NCBI RefSeq assembly: GCF_963921235.1
Contig: NC_086097.1
Location: 146,632,001 to 146,696,000 of the forward strand
Direction: 5' to 3'
Source of the DNA: Mobula hypostoma
Taxonomy: Eukaryota
DNA length: 64,000 nt
The translations under genes and the position numbers were made by a program. Shown here piece by piece: positions 35,155-48,254 of the stretch. Positions within the stretch are counted from its first letter, which is position 1; each line of letters begins with the position of its first letter. The notes beneath the pieces were generated by a model that was not told the origin of the DNA, ran no database searches, and was given only the letters and a program-made list of their open reading frames with translations.

Positions 35155-38100
35155 TGGCAAGCAGATCGAAGTTGTAGCACGCCAGCAGCAGCTAGGCTGG
35201 TGGCACTGTGCCCGTGCCTGAGGCTCAACAGGAAAGGCTAAAGTCAGGCAGTAGTTATAGGGGATTCAATAGTTATGGAGACAACAAGCAGATTCGGTGG
35301 CTGCAAAAGAGACAGCAGGATGGTGTGTTGCCTCCTGGGTGCTAGGGTCCAGGATGTATCGGAGCAGCTGAAGGATATTCTCAAGGGGGAGGGTGTATAG
35401 CCAGAGGCTTTGGTGCATATTTGCTCCAATGACATCAGCAGAAAAGCGGAATAGGTCCTGTGCAGTCTGTATATAGAATCAGGAAAGAGGCTGATGAGCA
35501 GGACCTCCGAGGCAGTAATCTACAAATTATTCCCAATGCCACCGGCTAGTTCAGGTTGGAATGGGTGATAGCACAGATGAATGAGTGCTGAGGAGACAGG
35601 GTTTCAAGTTCTTGGATCATTTGACCCTTTTCCAGGGAAGGGGTGACCTTTACAAGAGGGATGCATCGCACCTGAACTGGAGGGAAAACAGTATCCTGGC
35701 CGGGAGGTTTGCAAGCGCTACTCAGGAGAGTTTAAACTAGCTTTGCAGGGGGCTGGGAATCAGAACACCAGGTCAGCAAGGGAAGGATCAGACCAGAAGA
35801 TAGATGTCAGGGAAAGTATTGAAAGGCAAAATTGAAATAACAGGTATGATGGTTTGGATAGTTTGAAGAGTGTATATTTTAATACGAGGAGTATTAGGGG
35901 TAAGGGTGATGAACTTAGAGCCTGGAGCTGCACGAGATCCTGTGATGTTGTAGCCATTACTGAAACTCGGTTGAGAAAGGGGCAGGAATGGGTGATTAAT
36001 GTACCAAATTTTCAAAGGTTGAGGGGGGTGGGTGGTGGTGGAGATTTGTATTACTAATCAGAGACAGTATTACAGCTGTACTCAGAAGAGACATAATGAA
36101 GGGGTCAGACACTGAGTCCATTTGGCTAAAACTCAGGAATAGGAAGGGTGCAATTACACTGATAACATTGTACTGCGGACCCTTCTAATAACCTTTGGGA
36201 TATTGAGGAACAGATATGTATCAGATTAAGGAAATGTGTAAAAATAATAAGGTTGCTGTCATGGAGGATTTTAACTTCCCTAACATAAACTGGGACCTTC
36301 TTAGAGTAAGAGGTTTAAATGGGGCAGAATTCGCTAAGTGTATCCAGGAAGGTTTCTTAAAACAATATGCAGATGAGAGGAGAGGCGATACTGGACCTGG
36401 TTTGGGTAATGAGCCTGGCCAGGTGATTGAGCTATCAGTGGGAGAGCACTTAAGGAACAGTGACCACAACTCCTTAACTTTCAGGATAGTTGTAGACAAG
36501 CATAGGAATGGTCCTTGTGGGAGAGTTTAAAATTGGCGCAGAGCAAATTACGAGGGCATTAGGCAGGAATTAAGAAGAGTTAATTGGGACCACCTTTTCT
36601 CCGGCAAGTCCACATCAGACATGTGGAACGTGTTTAAAGGTCAATTGAACAGAGTACAGGAAAGGTACATTCCTGTTAGAAGGAAGGATGGGGATGCAAA
36701 GATAAGAGAGCCTTTATTGTCCAGAGAGGTGATGAATGTAGTCAAGAAAGACAAGGAAAATATGTAAAGTTTCAGAAGTTAGGATCAAACAAAACACATA
36801 AAATGAAGCTAGAAAAGAACCGAAGAAAAGAATTAGGAAAGCCAGGAGGGGCCATGAGAAGTCCATGGTAAGTAGGATCAAGGTGAATCCCAAGACATTT
36901 TATACATACACTAAGAGTAAAAGGATCACTAAAGAGATGGTGGAACCACTCAAGAATAAAGGTGGGAACATTTGTTCGGATGCGGAGAATGTGAATGAGG
37001 CACTTAATGAGTACTTTGCTTTAGTATTTACCAGGAAAAAGGACATGGAGGTCCGGGAGAGTGTATAAATACATTAGGGCATTTAGAAGTCAAGGAAGAA
37101 GTAGTGTTGGGCCTCCTGATGAGTCGTAAGGTGGGTAAGTCCCCAGGGCCTGATAGGATTTATCTCAGGTTATTGAAGGAGGCAGGAAATGAGATTATTG
37201 GGCCCTTGACCAGTACTTTTGTGTCCTCTCTAGCCACAGGTGAGGTCCCGGTAAGTGGCTAATGTTGCACCTCTGTTTAAGAAAGGGAAAAGGGAAAATT
37301 CCGGGAACTATAGTCCAATGAATCTTATGTCAATTGTAGGCAAATTTCTGGAGAAAATTCTTAGGGATAGGATATATGAGCGTTTGGAAACCCATAGCCT
37401 AAGTAGGGAGAGCCAGCATGACTTTGTGAGGGGCAGGTTATGTCTTACCAATTTCACTGAGATCTTTGACAAAGTGACGAGAGAGATTATTGAGGGTAGG
37501 ACAATGGATGTTGTCTACATGGATTTTAGTAAGGTATTTGACAAAGTCCCTCATGGCAGCCAAAAATAGAAGATTAAGATGCATGGGGTACACAGCAAAT
37601 TGGCTGTTTGGATTCAGAACCGGTTTGCACATAGAATAGAAGACAGAGAGTAATGTTTGAAGGGACTTATTTGAGCTGGAGGTCTATATTTAGTGGTGCT
37701 CTGCAGAGATCTGTGCTGGAACTTCTGCTATTTGTGATGCACATAAATTAAATGACCTGGATGAAAACATAGATGGGGGGGGGGTGGTTTAGTAAGTTTG
37801 TGGATGATACAAAGATTGGTGGAGTTGTGTATAGTGTAGAAAACTGGTAAAGGATACAGCATGATACAAATCATTAGCAGATATGGGCAAAGAGAAATGG
37901 CAGATGGAACGTAACTCAGATAAATGTGAGGTTTTGCACCTCAGTAGGGAAAATGCATGGAAGCAGTACCCAGTTAAGGGCAAGGTCCTTAACAGTGTTG
38001 CTGAGCAGAGATATCTTGGGTTCCAAGTTCATAGCTGCTGGAAAGTGGCTACATAGGTCAATAAAGTGGTTGAGAAGGTTTATGGAATGTTTGCTTTTAT

Positions 38101-39512
38101 TAGTTGAGGCACTGAGTTCAAAAATCAGAGGTTATGTTGCAACTCTATAAAACTCTGATTACCAGTAGGCTGTATCTGGATAATTGCATAGGGTTCTGGT
38201 CGCCCAACTATAGGAAGAATGTTGAGGCTTTGGAGAGAGCGCAGAAGAGGTTTACCAGGATGTTGCCTAGATTAGAGGGCATGTGCTACCATGAGAGGCT
38301 GGATAAACTTCAGTTGTTCTCTCTGGAGTGGCGGAAGCTGAGGGGAGATTTGATAGAAGCTTATAAGATTATGAGAAGCGAAGATAGAGTAGACGGGGAA
38401 TATCTGTGTAACACTCTCGCAGGTCCTGTAAGCAAACTTGGCTTGTTAGCCAGCTCTGCTAACAGCCACAGGACTCAGCGATGAGAAGACCACCTTTCAT
38501 AAACAACATACATCTAGGGTTGATATGACTTGGGGTTCAACCAAACAGGAACGTCAGGATGTTCCGACTAAAGAAACCTCAATTTGAGTGAATGTGGTGT
38601 AAATACTACCCGTGCACAACTGACAGTCGGCAAGAAATAACAGATTGTGAAATTATAAAGGAAGTATGTTTACAAATTTCAGCTTTATTGAACAGTTAGT
38701 AGGAAAGAGAAAAGAAAATAAATAAATAAAAGGGCCAATTATGGTTAAACCAGTCCAATGTGCACATAAAGTTGGAGCTCCTCTTGAAGTTGTTCTCTTT
38801 ACTCATGCACTGGACCCATGGTCTGCCTGAAAGCATACACCACAATCTGAACTTTGCTCAAAATCCATCGCGAACAAATGGGCTCACTCTTGGGAGTATT
38901 GACCTTTCCTCCTTGAAGCTATTCATCTGCACAAAGCACTTCATGCAATGGGGAAGCTCTGTCCCATGGCATTCTCAGCCATCTTCCCTCCTGTCCTTTC
39001 CATAGCCCCAGCCTAAAAGAGTCACAAACCACACTCTCCACCACCAAAATGCTCTAGAACTTTCACCTGATTTCACCATCCTGATTAGCTGTCACAACCT
39101 TCCTAAGCAGAACCGCAGGGCATCTCTAGCCGAAGCCAAACCATTCTACCAGCAGGACACACTGCTTTTGCAGCAAACTACTGAAATGAAATAACTACAG
39201 CATGGCAGTATAAATCTTAACCATGGCATTACATATGTTTCCCAGGGTTGAAATGTCAAATGCCAGAGGACATGCATTGAAGGTAAGAGGGAGTTGGTTC
39301 AGGAGGGATGTGAGGGGTAAGTTTTTTACTCGGAGAGTGGTAGGTGCCTGAAATGCACTGCCGGGTATGGTGGTAGAGGCAAATACATTAGATGGAGGGA
39401 TATGGACATTGTGTAGGCGGGAGGGATTAGTGTTTGGGTGTTTTTGATTTGCTTTTTAGCTGGTTCGGTACAACATTGTTGGATAAGTAGCTGTACTCTT
39501 CTATGTTCTATG
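35155..39512 (+). mobile_element. Near full-length decayed CR1 LINE: ORF1 SGNH esterase, ORF2 APE and RT, 3' tail
   Basis: AVVIGDSIV...VCCLLGARVQDV...VHICSND (35247-35433); YFNTRSIRGK..VVAITET, VMEDFNFPNINW, SDHN (APE); KSPGPDRI, ANVAPLFKKG, DVVYMDFSKVFDKVPH, SKFVDDTKIGG (RT); tail ttctatgttctatg. Confidence 0.9.
38407..39233 (-). mobile_element. Solo LTR (827 bp) inserted in CR1 ORF2
   Basis: TGTAAC...ATTACA termini; 4-bp flanks tctg / tatg; CR1 (gaatatctg|tttcccaggg) is continuous across it; minus-strand AATAAA at ~38684. Confidence 0.8.
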
Positions 39513-41358
39513 GTAGCTGTCCACTCCTCATCTTATCCCTAATGTTTGTTTGATCATAAAATAGAATTCAAGATTGACATGCCTTATTTGTGATGGGAAT
39601 GTTGCACATTACGCGTAGAAACATTTTGTTGCTGCAGAAGCTTACATTTAGGAGGAGGATATCTTTCCAGTGAGCATAAAAATTCAACTTCCCACATCCT
39701 AATTTTCAAGTATAGGTTTAGATTGGCTAGAACAAGAAATAGACAGTTGGAGTGTGGTAAAGCTGAGACAATTAGGGACTGCCAGGTGGCCAGGGCAGTA
39801 AGTTGCAAAATGGTATAACTTACAGTTATGGAGCACTTTCAAGAAAGCCAGCCCTTTACAGCTACCCCGCTAAAGTGGAAGATGCAGAAGTGTATACACG
39901 GGCAGATTTGACAAATATAATAGCTGGGGTCAGCTGGTCAATTGCTGTTAGTCACTCAGCCCTTGTGCCTGCTCCATTAATCAATAAGGTCATAGCTATT
40001 CTTTCATTTTCTTGCACTAATTCAATATCCTTTGATTCGCTTAATACACAAAGGTCTATCGATCTCGGTCTTGTCAATACTCAGTGACTGTGCCCCCACA
40101 GCCTTCTGAGTAGCAAATTGTAAAGTTTCACCATCTCTGGATGAAAAAAAATCAACACATCTCTGTCCTAAAACTTTGAAACTGTGACTCTGGTTTTAGA
40201 CTGTCCAAAACATCAACTGAGCAACAACCGATCAAGCTGGACATCCTCTTTAATCATAATTATTTTGCAAAACAACCCTGAAGAGGCTGTTAAACTTGAT
40301 CTCAACATTGCAACCATAGTTCAAAAACAAGGTTACTGCCAATGACTTCCTCTGTGATCTGTTCACACTGTTACTGATGTATCCATTACTGTTACAGTAT
40401 TGATGTATCTATTAGTGCACCTTCCCCACCTCATTCTGCCACAACAGAGAAGAACCTTGCTCCTCTTGTCGCAAGACTGGACCAAAGTAGTTAATGTTGT
40501 GTTCAAGAAATTAGCTGTTATCTCTCTATTGTTTCTAGTTATTTTAGGCTTATCACAATGAATTCCTGCTGCCTGCAGCTAGAGTGCTCCTTGACTTTAA
40601 TTAATATCAGCCAGCCTCAGTTCCACTGTTTGGGCCAGTCACATAGCCAATACAGAACCCTGGTAACGATGCTAGATATTGACCCCAAATGACCACAATT
40701 CCTTTCCTTCCGTGGATACAGCTTGACCTGTTGAGTTTCTCCAGCAGACTGTGTATTGCACAAGTATCCAGACCTGCAGTCCTGTAATGTCCTGTGTCTT
40801 CAGCGTTAACTGCATGTCTGATTCATGATAATGTAAGAATGGGTACGTGGAAAAGAAATGTGTTAAAGGATCAGGTAAAAGATGGAGACTTGAAAAGGCA
40901 AAGTTTAAAGAAAGGAAGTGTTGTTATTCAGTGGACTAATGTTACATTGGGTGAGTTACAATAAATATCAGAAATAGATAGCTAGATTAATAATCAAGCA
41001 AAGCACCCTATAAACGCTGGGAAAATTAGTCAGATTCATACATTTTACCAAAGTAGAGTAAAGGAAACAAAGGAGCATGTGAGTTTGCTAGAATATGTGG
41101 AATTATGGTAGATAACTTCAGAAACAATAAAGAAACATACTTACTGAGCACACTGGCATTAATAAGCTTAAGATGGATGAGATGGGGTGGTACATTCATC
41201 ACAGACCAGATCTGTTATTGAAGGAGAACAAGCAGAATAACAAATCAAAGGAAAAGGAAAGGAAGTCTACAAAACTAATGGATATTTGAATAAGAACATA
41301 ATTCAGATTCAATTCATATATAAATAAACAATTAAAATTAACAGGTAATAAATAATAA

Positions 41359-41486
41359 AAACGCAAACAACAGGAATTCTGCAGATGCTGGAAATTCAAG
41401 CAACACACATCAAAGTTGCTGGTGAACGCAGCAGGCCAAGCAGCATCTGTAGGAAGAGGTGCAGTCGACGTTTCGGGCCAAGACCA
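41359..41486 (-). mobile_element. Young Penelope terminal-repeat fragment truncated inside hammerhead stem II
   Basis: Nearly identical to 22249-22335; ends cagtcgacgtttcgggccaagacc. Confidence 0.85.
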
Positions 41487-41599
41487 ACTGTTCTGAATCA
41501 ATAAAATTACATGGGAAAGCCTTTGTTCTGAAGCAACTCTGGCATCTCTTCCTAACTCTTTCCCCACCACATCAGCAATTGTATTTGTGCTGCTTCCCG

Positions 41600-42200
41600 C
41601 ACTCATGCTGTAATCACCAATTTTATCACCTTTGCTGCTATTTTTCACGTTGCCCTAAAATTCACTTGGACCATTTCAGAGATACCTCTTGTTTTCTGGA
41701 TCTCTCTGTCTTCATCTTAGAAGACAAATCATCTACCAATATCTAATATAAACCCATGGACACCCATGGCTATTGTATCTTGACTACATCTCCTCCCACT
41801 CTGTCACGTGTAAGGACGCCATTCCTTTCTAGTTTCTGCACCCCCAGTCTACCTCGCTACTTTATTTATTTAGAGATACGGTACGGAATAGGCCCTCTCA
41901 GCCTTTAGTTCTTCCATCCTCATGGTCTACCTGCACTGCTCTTCTCTGTAACACTTTATTTTGTGCTTTGTTTTTGTTTTAACTTTTACTCCCTCAATGC
42001 ACCATTATAATGAATTAATCTGTATGAGTGCCATGTACTTTACCTCAGTACAGGTGACAATAATAAACTGATTAATCAATTTACCATTTGTTCTTAAAAT
42101 GAGGTTTTCTGTTCTGAAACTTCCTACTTCTTCAGGAAACATGGCTTCCCCCTACTATAGTTGATGGAGCGTGCACACATTTCTTCTATTTCTTAGATGT
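41600..42200 (+). mobile_element. Old Penelope RT C-terminal fragment interrupted by LINE 3' tails (~41845-42085)
   Basis: LKFTWTIS..CFLDLSVFILEDKSSTNI*YKPMDTHGY..LDYISSHSVTCKDAIPF. Confidence 0.65.
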
Positions 42201-42615
42201 TTTACATTCGTGGTCAATACATTCAGTAGACTTAACTTTGTTTTTAAACCACAACATTATTGCCACTCAAGTGCTCCTCTTGGGGTAATAACCATTTCAA
42301 TATTTAAGGGTCTTCCCTATTCAAGTCAGCCCCTCCATGTACAGTAGCAGAAGGAGCCTAGACTGACTTTTTTCACCACAAAGCCATTGTGTGTACCTCA
42401 GCATGTATGCCTGCAGCCTGGAATGTGCCATTAGCAGGATTCCCTACTGGAGGACATCCTGTGCTGGAAGACCAACAATTTCAGGCAGAACAAAGAGTGT
42501 CTTACAAGTTACTGATCTTCCAGTACCAACTACCACATATGCATATGCTTGTCAGGGCTAGCGTTTGATCCAGGATAACTGGGCATTAAACTCTACTGCA
42601 AACACTTTAGGGCAG

Positions 42616-42616
<1 letters not shown>

Positions 42617-42654
<38 letters not shown>
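42617..42654. repeat. (CA)19 microsatellite followed by (CG)n
   Basis: Direct reading. Confidence 0.95.
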
Positions 42655-42657
<3 letters not shown>

Positions 42658-43309
42658 GCGCGCCTCCATCTGCCCATTATCCGCCTCTCTTCATCTGAGT
42701 CCACCCTTCCCTCTCACTTCTACATACTGACTACCTCCCTTCTACACTCTCAGTGCAGATGCAGGATCTTCATCTGGTTCATTAGACATCTCCTTTGCCT
42801 CCATAGATGCTGCTTGACCTGCTGAATTCTTCCAGCAGTTTGGTTTTGCTCCAGATTTCAGCAACTGCAGTCTCTTACCTCTGTTAATAACACCTAGCAG
42901 GAGAACAAAATAAACAGCGAATGAACCCAGATCTCGAACCCCAAACCCCATTCTTCCTGGATTTCCATTATATTGGAGCATATTGGAGAAGTAGTGAATG
43001 AGCAGGGACTGAAAGAGGCAGAAAAGATACAGAACAAAAATAGACATTGTTACCATGAATTGATTTCAAATTAGCCTACAACCATGATAGGTAAACAGAG
43101 CTACAAACTGGTTAAAGCTGATGAATGCCTAAAATAGTCTTCCTTCTAGAGGAGTGATGGGAACCGCTCTGTGATCGTTCAGAAAAACTTTTTTGATGGG
43201 GGTAAGGGGGAAATTGTGTGTTTCCATAATGGAATGAGCTTGACAATGGAATTGATTCACCTCCTTGCATTTAGATGTTGACAACTGAGTGTTTACACTT
43301 TCATTTATA

Positions 43310-44911
43310 CAAACCCCATTTCCAGAAAAGTTGGGATATTTTCCAAAATGCAATAAAAACAAAAATCTGTGATATGTTAATTCACATGAACCTTTATTTA
43401 ACTGACAAAAGTACAAAGAAAAGATTTTCAATAGTTTTACTGACCAACTTAATCGTATTTTGTAAACATACACAAATTTAGAATTTGATGGCTGCAACAC
43501 ATTCAACAAAAGTTGGGACAGAAGCATGTTTACCATTGTGTTACATCACCTTTCCTTTTAATAACACTTTTTAATCATTTTGGAACTGAGGATACTAATT
43601 GTAGTAGGTTTGCAATGGGAAATTTTGTCCATTCTTGCTTGATATAAGACTTCAGCTGCTCAACAGTCCGTGGTCTCCATTGTCTGATTCTCCTCTTCAT
43701 GATGCACCATACATTTTCAATAGGGGATAGATCTGGACTGGCAGCAGGCCAGTCAAGCACATGCACTCTGTGTCTACAAAGCCACGCTGCTGTAGCCCGT
43801 GCAGAATGTGGTCTGGCATTGTCCTGCTGAAATAAGCATGGACGTCCCGGGAAGAGACGTCGCCTTGATGGCAACATATGTCTCTCTAAAGTCCTAATAT
43901 GCCTCAGAGTCAATGGTACCTTCACATACATGCAACTCACCCATGCCGTGGGCACTGATGCACCCCCATACCTTCACAGATGCTGGCTTTTGCACCTTTC
44001 GCTGATAACAATCTTGATGGTCATTTTCATCTTTGGCATGGAGAACTCGACGCCCGTGTTTTCTGAAAACTAGCTGAAATGTGGACTCACCTGACCACAG
44101 CACACGGTTCCACAGTCTTTCGGTCCATCTGAGATGAGCTCGGGCCCAGAGAACTCACCGGCATTTCTGCATAGAGTTGACGTATGGCTTCCTCCTTGCA
44201 TAATACAGTTTCAAGTTGCATTTCTGGATGCAGCGTCGGACCGTGTTGAGTGACAATGGTTTTCCAAAGTACTCCCGAGCCCAGGTGGCCATAATTGTCA
44301 CAGTAGCATGACGGTTTCTTAGGCAGTGCCGCCTGAGGGCTCGAAGATCACACGCATTCAACAGTGGTTTCCGACCTTGCCCTTTACGCACTGAGATGTC
44401 TCTGAATTCTCTGAATCTTTTCACAATATTATATACTGTAGATATTGAAAGACCTAAATTCTCTGCAATCTTGTGTTGAGAAATGTTCCTTTTGAACTGA
44501 CTAACAATTCTCTCACGAATTTTGGCACGAAGGGGTGAGCCACGACCCATGGTTGCCTGCAAAGACTGAGCCTTTGATGGACGCTACTTTTATATCCAGT
44601 CATGATACCTCACCTGCTACCAATTAGCCTGCTTAGTGTGGAGTCTTCCAAACCGGTGTTACTTGAATGTTCCGTGCACTTTTCAATCTTATTTTGACTT
44701 TGTCCCAACTTTTGTTGAGTGTGTTGCAGCCATCAAATTCTAAATTTGTGTATGTTTACAAAATACAATTAAGTTGGTCAGTAAAACTATTGAAAATCTT
44801 TTCTTTGTACTTTTGTCAGTTAAATAAAGGTTCACGTGAATTAACATATCACAGATTTTTGTTTTTATTGCATTTTGGAAAATATCCCAACTTTTCTGGA
44901 AATGGGGTTTG
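43310..44911 (-). mobile_element. Full-length Tc1 transposon (1.6 kb, ~210-bp IR/DR-type TIRs, TA TSD)
   Basis: ta|caaaccccatttccagaaaagttggga...tcccaacttttctggaaatggggtttg|ta; the TIR arms differ at only a few positions. Confidence 0.95.
43530..44550 (-). pseudogene. Tc1 DD34E transposase, disrupted
   Basis: Paired-type HTH and GQGRKP (44155-44562); WSGES (first D mutated), VKVWGCIS; FQQDNARPH-34 aa-SPDLSPIENVW; stops and frameshift. Confidence 0.9.
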
Positions 44912-47004
44912 TAATTTCATACTTTAAAATCAGTCCCCATTGTAGAAACATGAAGACATAATCTGGGTTGTCATTTCAAAGTGGCACTGAAGCAATTCCC
45001 TGAGAGACTATCAGAGGTGCCAACTTTCAGAAGAGATGCAAAAATCCCTGTCTGCTTTCTCAGGTGGATGTAAAATATGGTATTATTTCAAGAAGAGTAG
45101 CCAATCACTAGCCATGTTTATGCTTCAATACTGGAAGTAAAGAATCTATTCATTTATTTAATTTTATGTAATTATACCTCAAAAGGTATTCATTGATTAA
45201 GAAGCAACCTGAGCTGTCATGTAAAAAATTATTTGTCTTTTTCACTTTGCAATGCTAAAATATTTCTTCCTTATTGGAAGCACCATTTTCTAAATAAAGT
45301 ATTAAGCTGAGGACCTGATGACTTGAAAATATTCCTTTCTCAACTACCAGCCCTAAAATTGATTAGTAGCCTTTTATCATATTACATTTTCTTGAGTTCT
45401 TGATGATGGCAAATGAACTACTTCATTTACTAGCAAGAGAGCAGTAACAATTTTCGGCTCTTCTCAACATTGAGGCATACCCATGATGAGAAGTTTTCTT
45501 ATCTTTTCTTTATGAGTGTCAGCAAAGGAAGGGATATGTGTGAAATCAAATTACTTAAAATAGCAACTTCTACAGCTCATAATAATTCAGTGTACCATCA
45601 TTCAGAATGATAGATGTTGTTAACCTAAATATTCTGTGCTTTCTTTATTCATAAGCATGAATATTTATGTGCATGATACTCTTTTGCACTTATATACTAC
45701 AGCAGTGCCACTTATTACTGGGGAGTTCAGTGTATCTTAAAAGCAGATATATTAATTTGAATGAATGACTAAGCTACACAAAGCTCCCAAGTGATATTGC
45801 AAATCAGTCTGACAATAACTAACTAATTCTCTTTTTTTCATCAGCTATTGCAAGAGTGGAATCAAATAAATCCTTATAGTATTTTTATCAGCTATTTACA
45901 TACGACTGAGATAATAAAACCGGAACTGTTGCAAATTCTTTCAAACTCTCCGTCTTTAAGGATGTTGAGAGATTCTGAGGAATTCTGATTGCACTTGAAG
46001 ACACAGGAGGTGCCTTTCATATTAATCTTGATACTTCTGCTTCTTTTGGAACAAAATGCTACCTTCTACATAATAAATATTTATGAATTGAATAATGTAT
46101 ATGAAAGCAATTAACATTAACAAAATGTCAGTTATGAATCTTGGTTGTTCTAGCAATTGCTTGATTGTAATTACTGACAAGGAATATGATTTTTAAGTAA
46201 TATACATAGGAATAGGTTCTGTCAACAAGGCTGGTGTCATCATTGAAATATTTAAATTGATATTGAGCATGTTTGGAGGTACTGAGTTTCAGCTGGGATA
46301 TGTGCTAGAACTAATGAGGCCACAACCAGTTTACTAGTCATGAAACTTGATTCAAAGTACATATCATGAAACTTCATTCGAAGTGCATATGAAGTTTGGA
46401 TTAAGTTCAACTATGGTGAATCAAGAATTAGAGTGTGTATATTTAGGGTGAGAGGGGAGAAACTTAATAGGAATTCAAGCAGGAACTTGTGTACCCAGCT
46501 CCATATATGTAAAATACCTTCCAGATAATAGTCAGGCAGGTATGTTAAACATAATTAAGATATTTAGGTATATGAACAGGAAAGGATAAGATGGATATGG
46601 GTCAAATGCAGGCAAATGGGTTTAATTTAGATGGTTGTCTTATTTGGCATGAAGCAGCTGGGCCACAAAGCCTTTTTCTGTGCTGTGTAACTACGTTCTT
46701 CTGTCATCCTACCATTCTGCTGATGTCCTCGGAGAGAAGGAAGTTGATTACTGACGCAAGAATGGCAAAGAAGGTTCCTTTAGAAGTTGGTACCAAAGTG
46801 AAAACAGAAGATTCATTTTCAAATCGAAAGTCAAGAAAAATAATGTTATAAGAAGAATGTCCCATGGATGCCTCATTCTCTCACCAATTAATAAAATGAT
46901 CAGTAGATGTTGGAAGTCTGAAATTAAACAAATAATGCTGGAAGCAATCAGCAGGTTAGGCAAAATCCACCTGCAGTGAGAGGAACTGAGTCAATGTCTC
47001 AAAT

Positions 47005-47600
47005 TTCAATGTTCAAAGTGAATTCATTATCTAAGTACATATATGTCACCATATACAACATGAGATTTGTTTTCTTGTGGGCATACACAGTAAATCCAAG
47101 AAACACTGCAGAATCAATGAATGCCTGCACCCAACAGGATGGACAAACAACCAATGTGTAATGGACAATATACTATGCAAATATGAAAGAGAATATTGTG
47201 GTAACAGTTCAGCGATGGACCAAGTGAAGTTGAGTGAAATTATCGCCTTTGGTTCAAGAGCCTGATGATTGAGGGGTAATAACTGTTCCTACACCTGCTG
47301 GTGCAGGTCCTGAGGCTCTGTACCTTCTTCCTCATGGCAGCGGTGAGAGAGAGTATGGCCTGGGTGGTAGGAGTCTTTGATAATGGATGCTGCTTTCCAG
47401 CAAAAGTGCTCTGTGTAGATGTGCTCAATGGTGGGGAGAGCTTACCCATGATGTACTGGGCCGTATCGACTACTTTTTATGGGATGTTCTATTCAAAGGC
47501 ATTGGTGCAACCAGTCAATATACTGTCCATTGGATATCTATAGAAGTTAGTCAAAGTTTTAGATATCATGCTGAAGTACCCAAGTTCTTCAGGTTGAAGA
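47005..47600 (-). mobile_element. Rex1-like LINE 3' fragment
   Basis: Minus SLRTCTSRCRNSYYPSIIRLLNQ; homologous to 5100-5250 and 6400-6460. Confidence 0.7.
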
Positions 47601-48254
47601 TTACTTCATCATTACTTTATCCCCATGGTAACCATGCCATTATAAAATGTGGTCATAATGGTACCACTCTTACTAATGATGCATGGTTAAGCATTTAATT
47701 TGTATCTGCTCAATGTTCTCATTTAAAAGCAGTGAAATAGTGCTTGTTCCTGAGAGGGAGAGGGTATCTTCTTAGATATTCCTTTCTGGACAATATTACA
47801 AACTCAATCACATCATAAGCAAATTAATTTCACTGCTGTTTGTGAGATATTAATGTGAGACAAATTGGCTCCTTTTTATAACAATCACTGAACTTGAAAG
47901 CAGTGCACTGTGCTTGAATTGGCTGCTGTATTTGCATTTATCAACATAACAACAGCCATTACACTTCAAAAATACTTCATAAATGCTTTATGATATTGGA
48001 TGGTAATAACAGACATTATGTAAATACAAAGCCATTTGGTCTGAATTATTTGATGTCCCAGTGTACCATTACCTATTGGATTTAAGTGGCATTTTTAATG
48101 TAGAAAATGTTTCAAGACATTCATTGCATAAATAGATTATTATACAGGAGGAGTCCATTCAGTACCCTTTGTTTAAATTAGCATACAGTTTGGTGAAAGC
48201 TTATTATTGCCACACGTTCTGAGATTCAGTTTGTTTGTGTGTTATCCAGCCAGA

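Noticed and set aside
43129..43536. Near-identical ORFs at 43129-43536 (-) and 44667-44927 (+)
   Set aside because: Translations of the two Tc1 TIRs.
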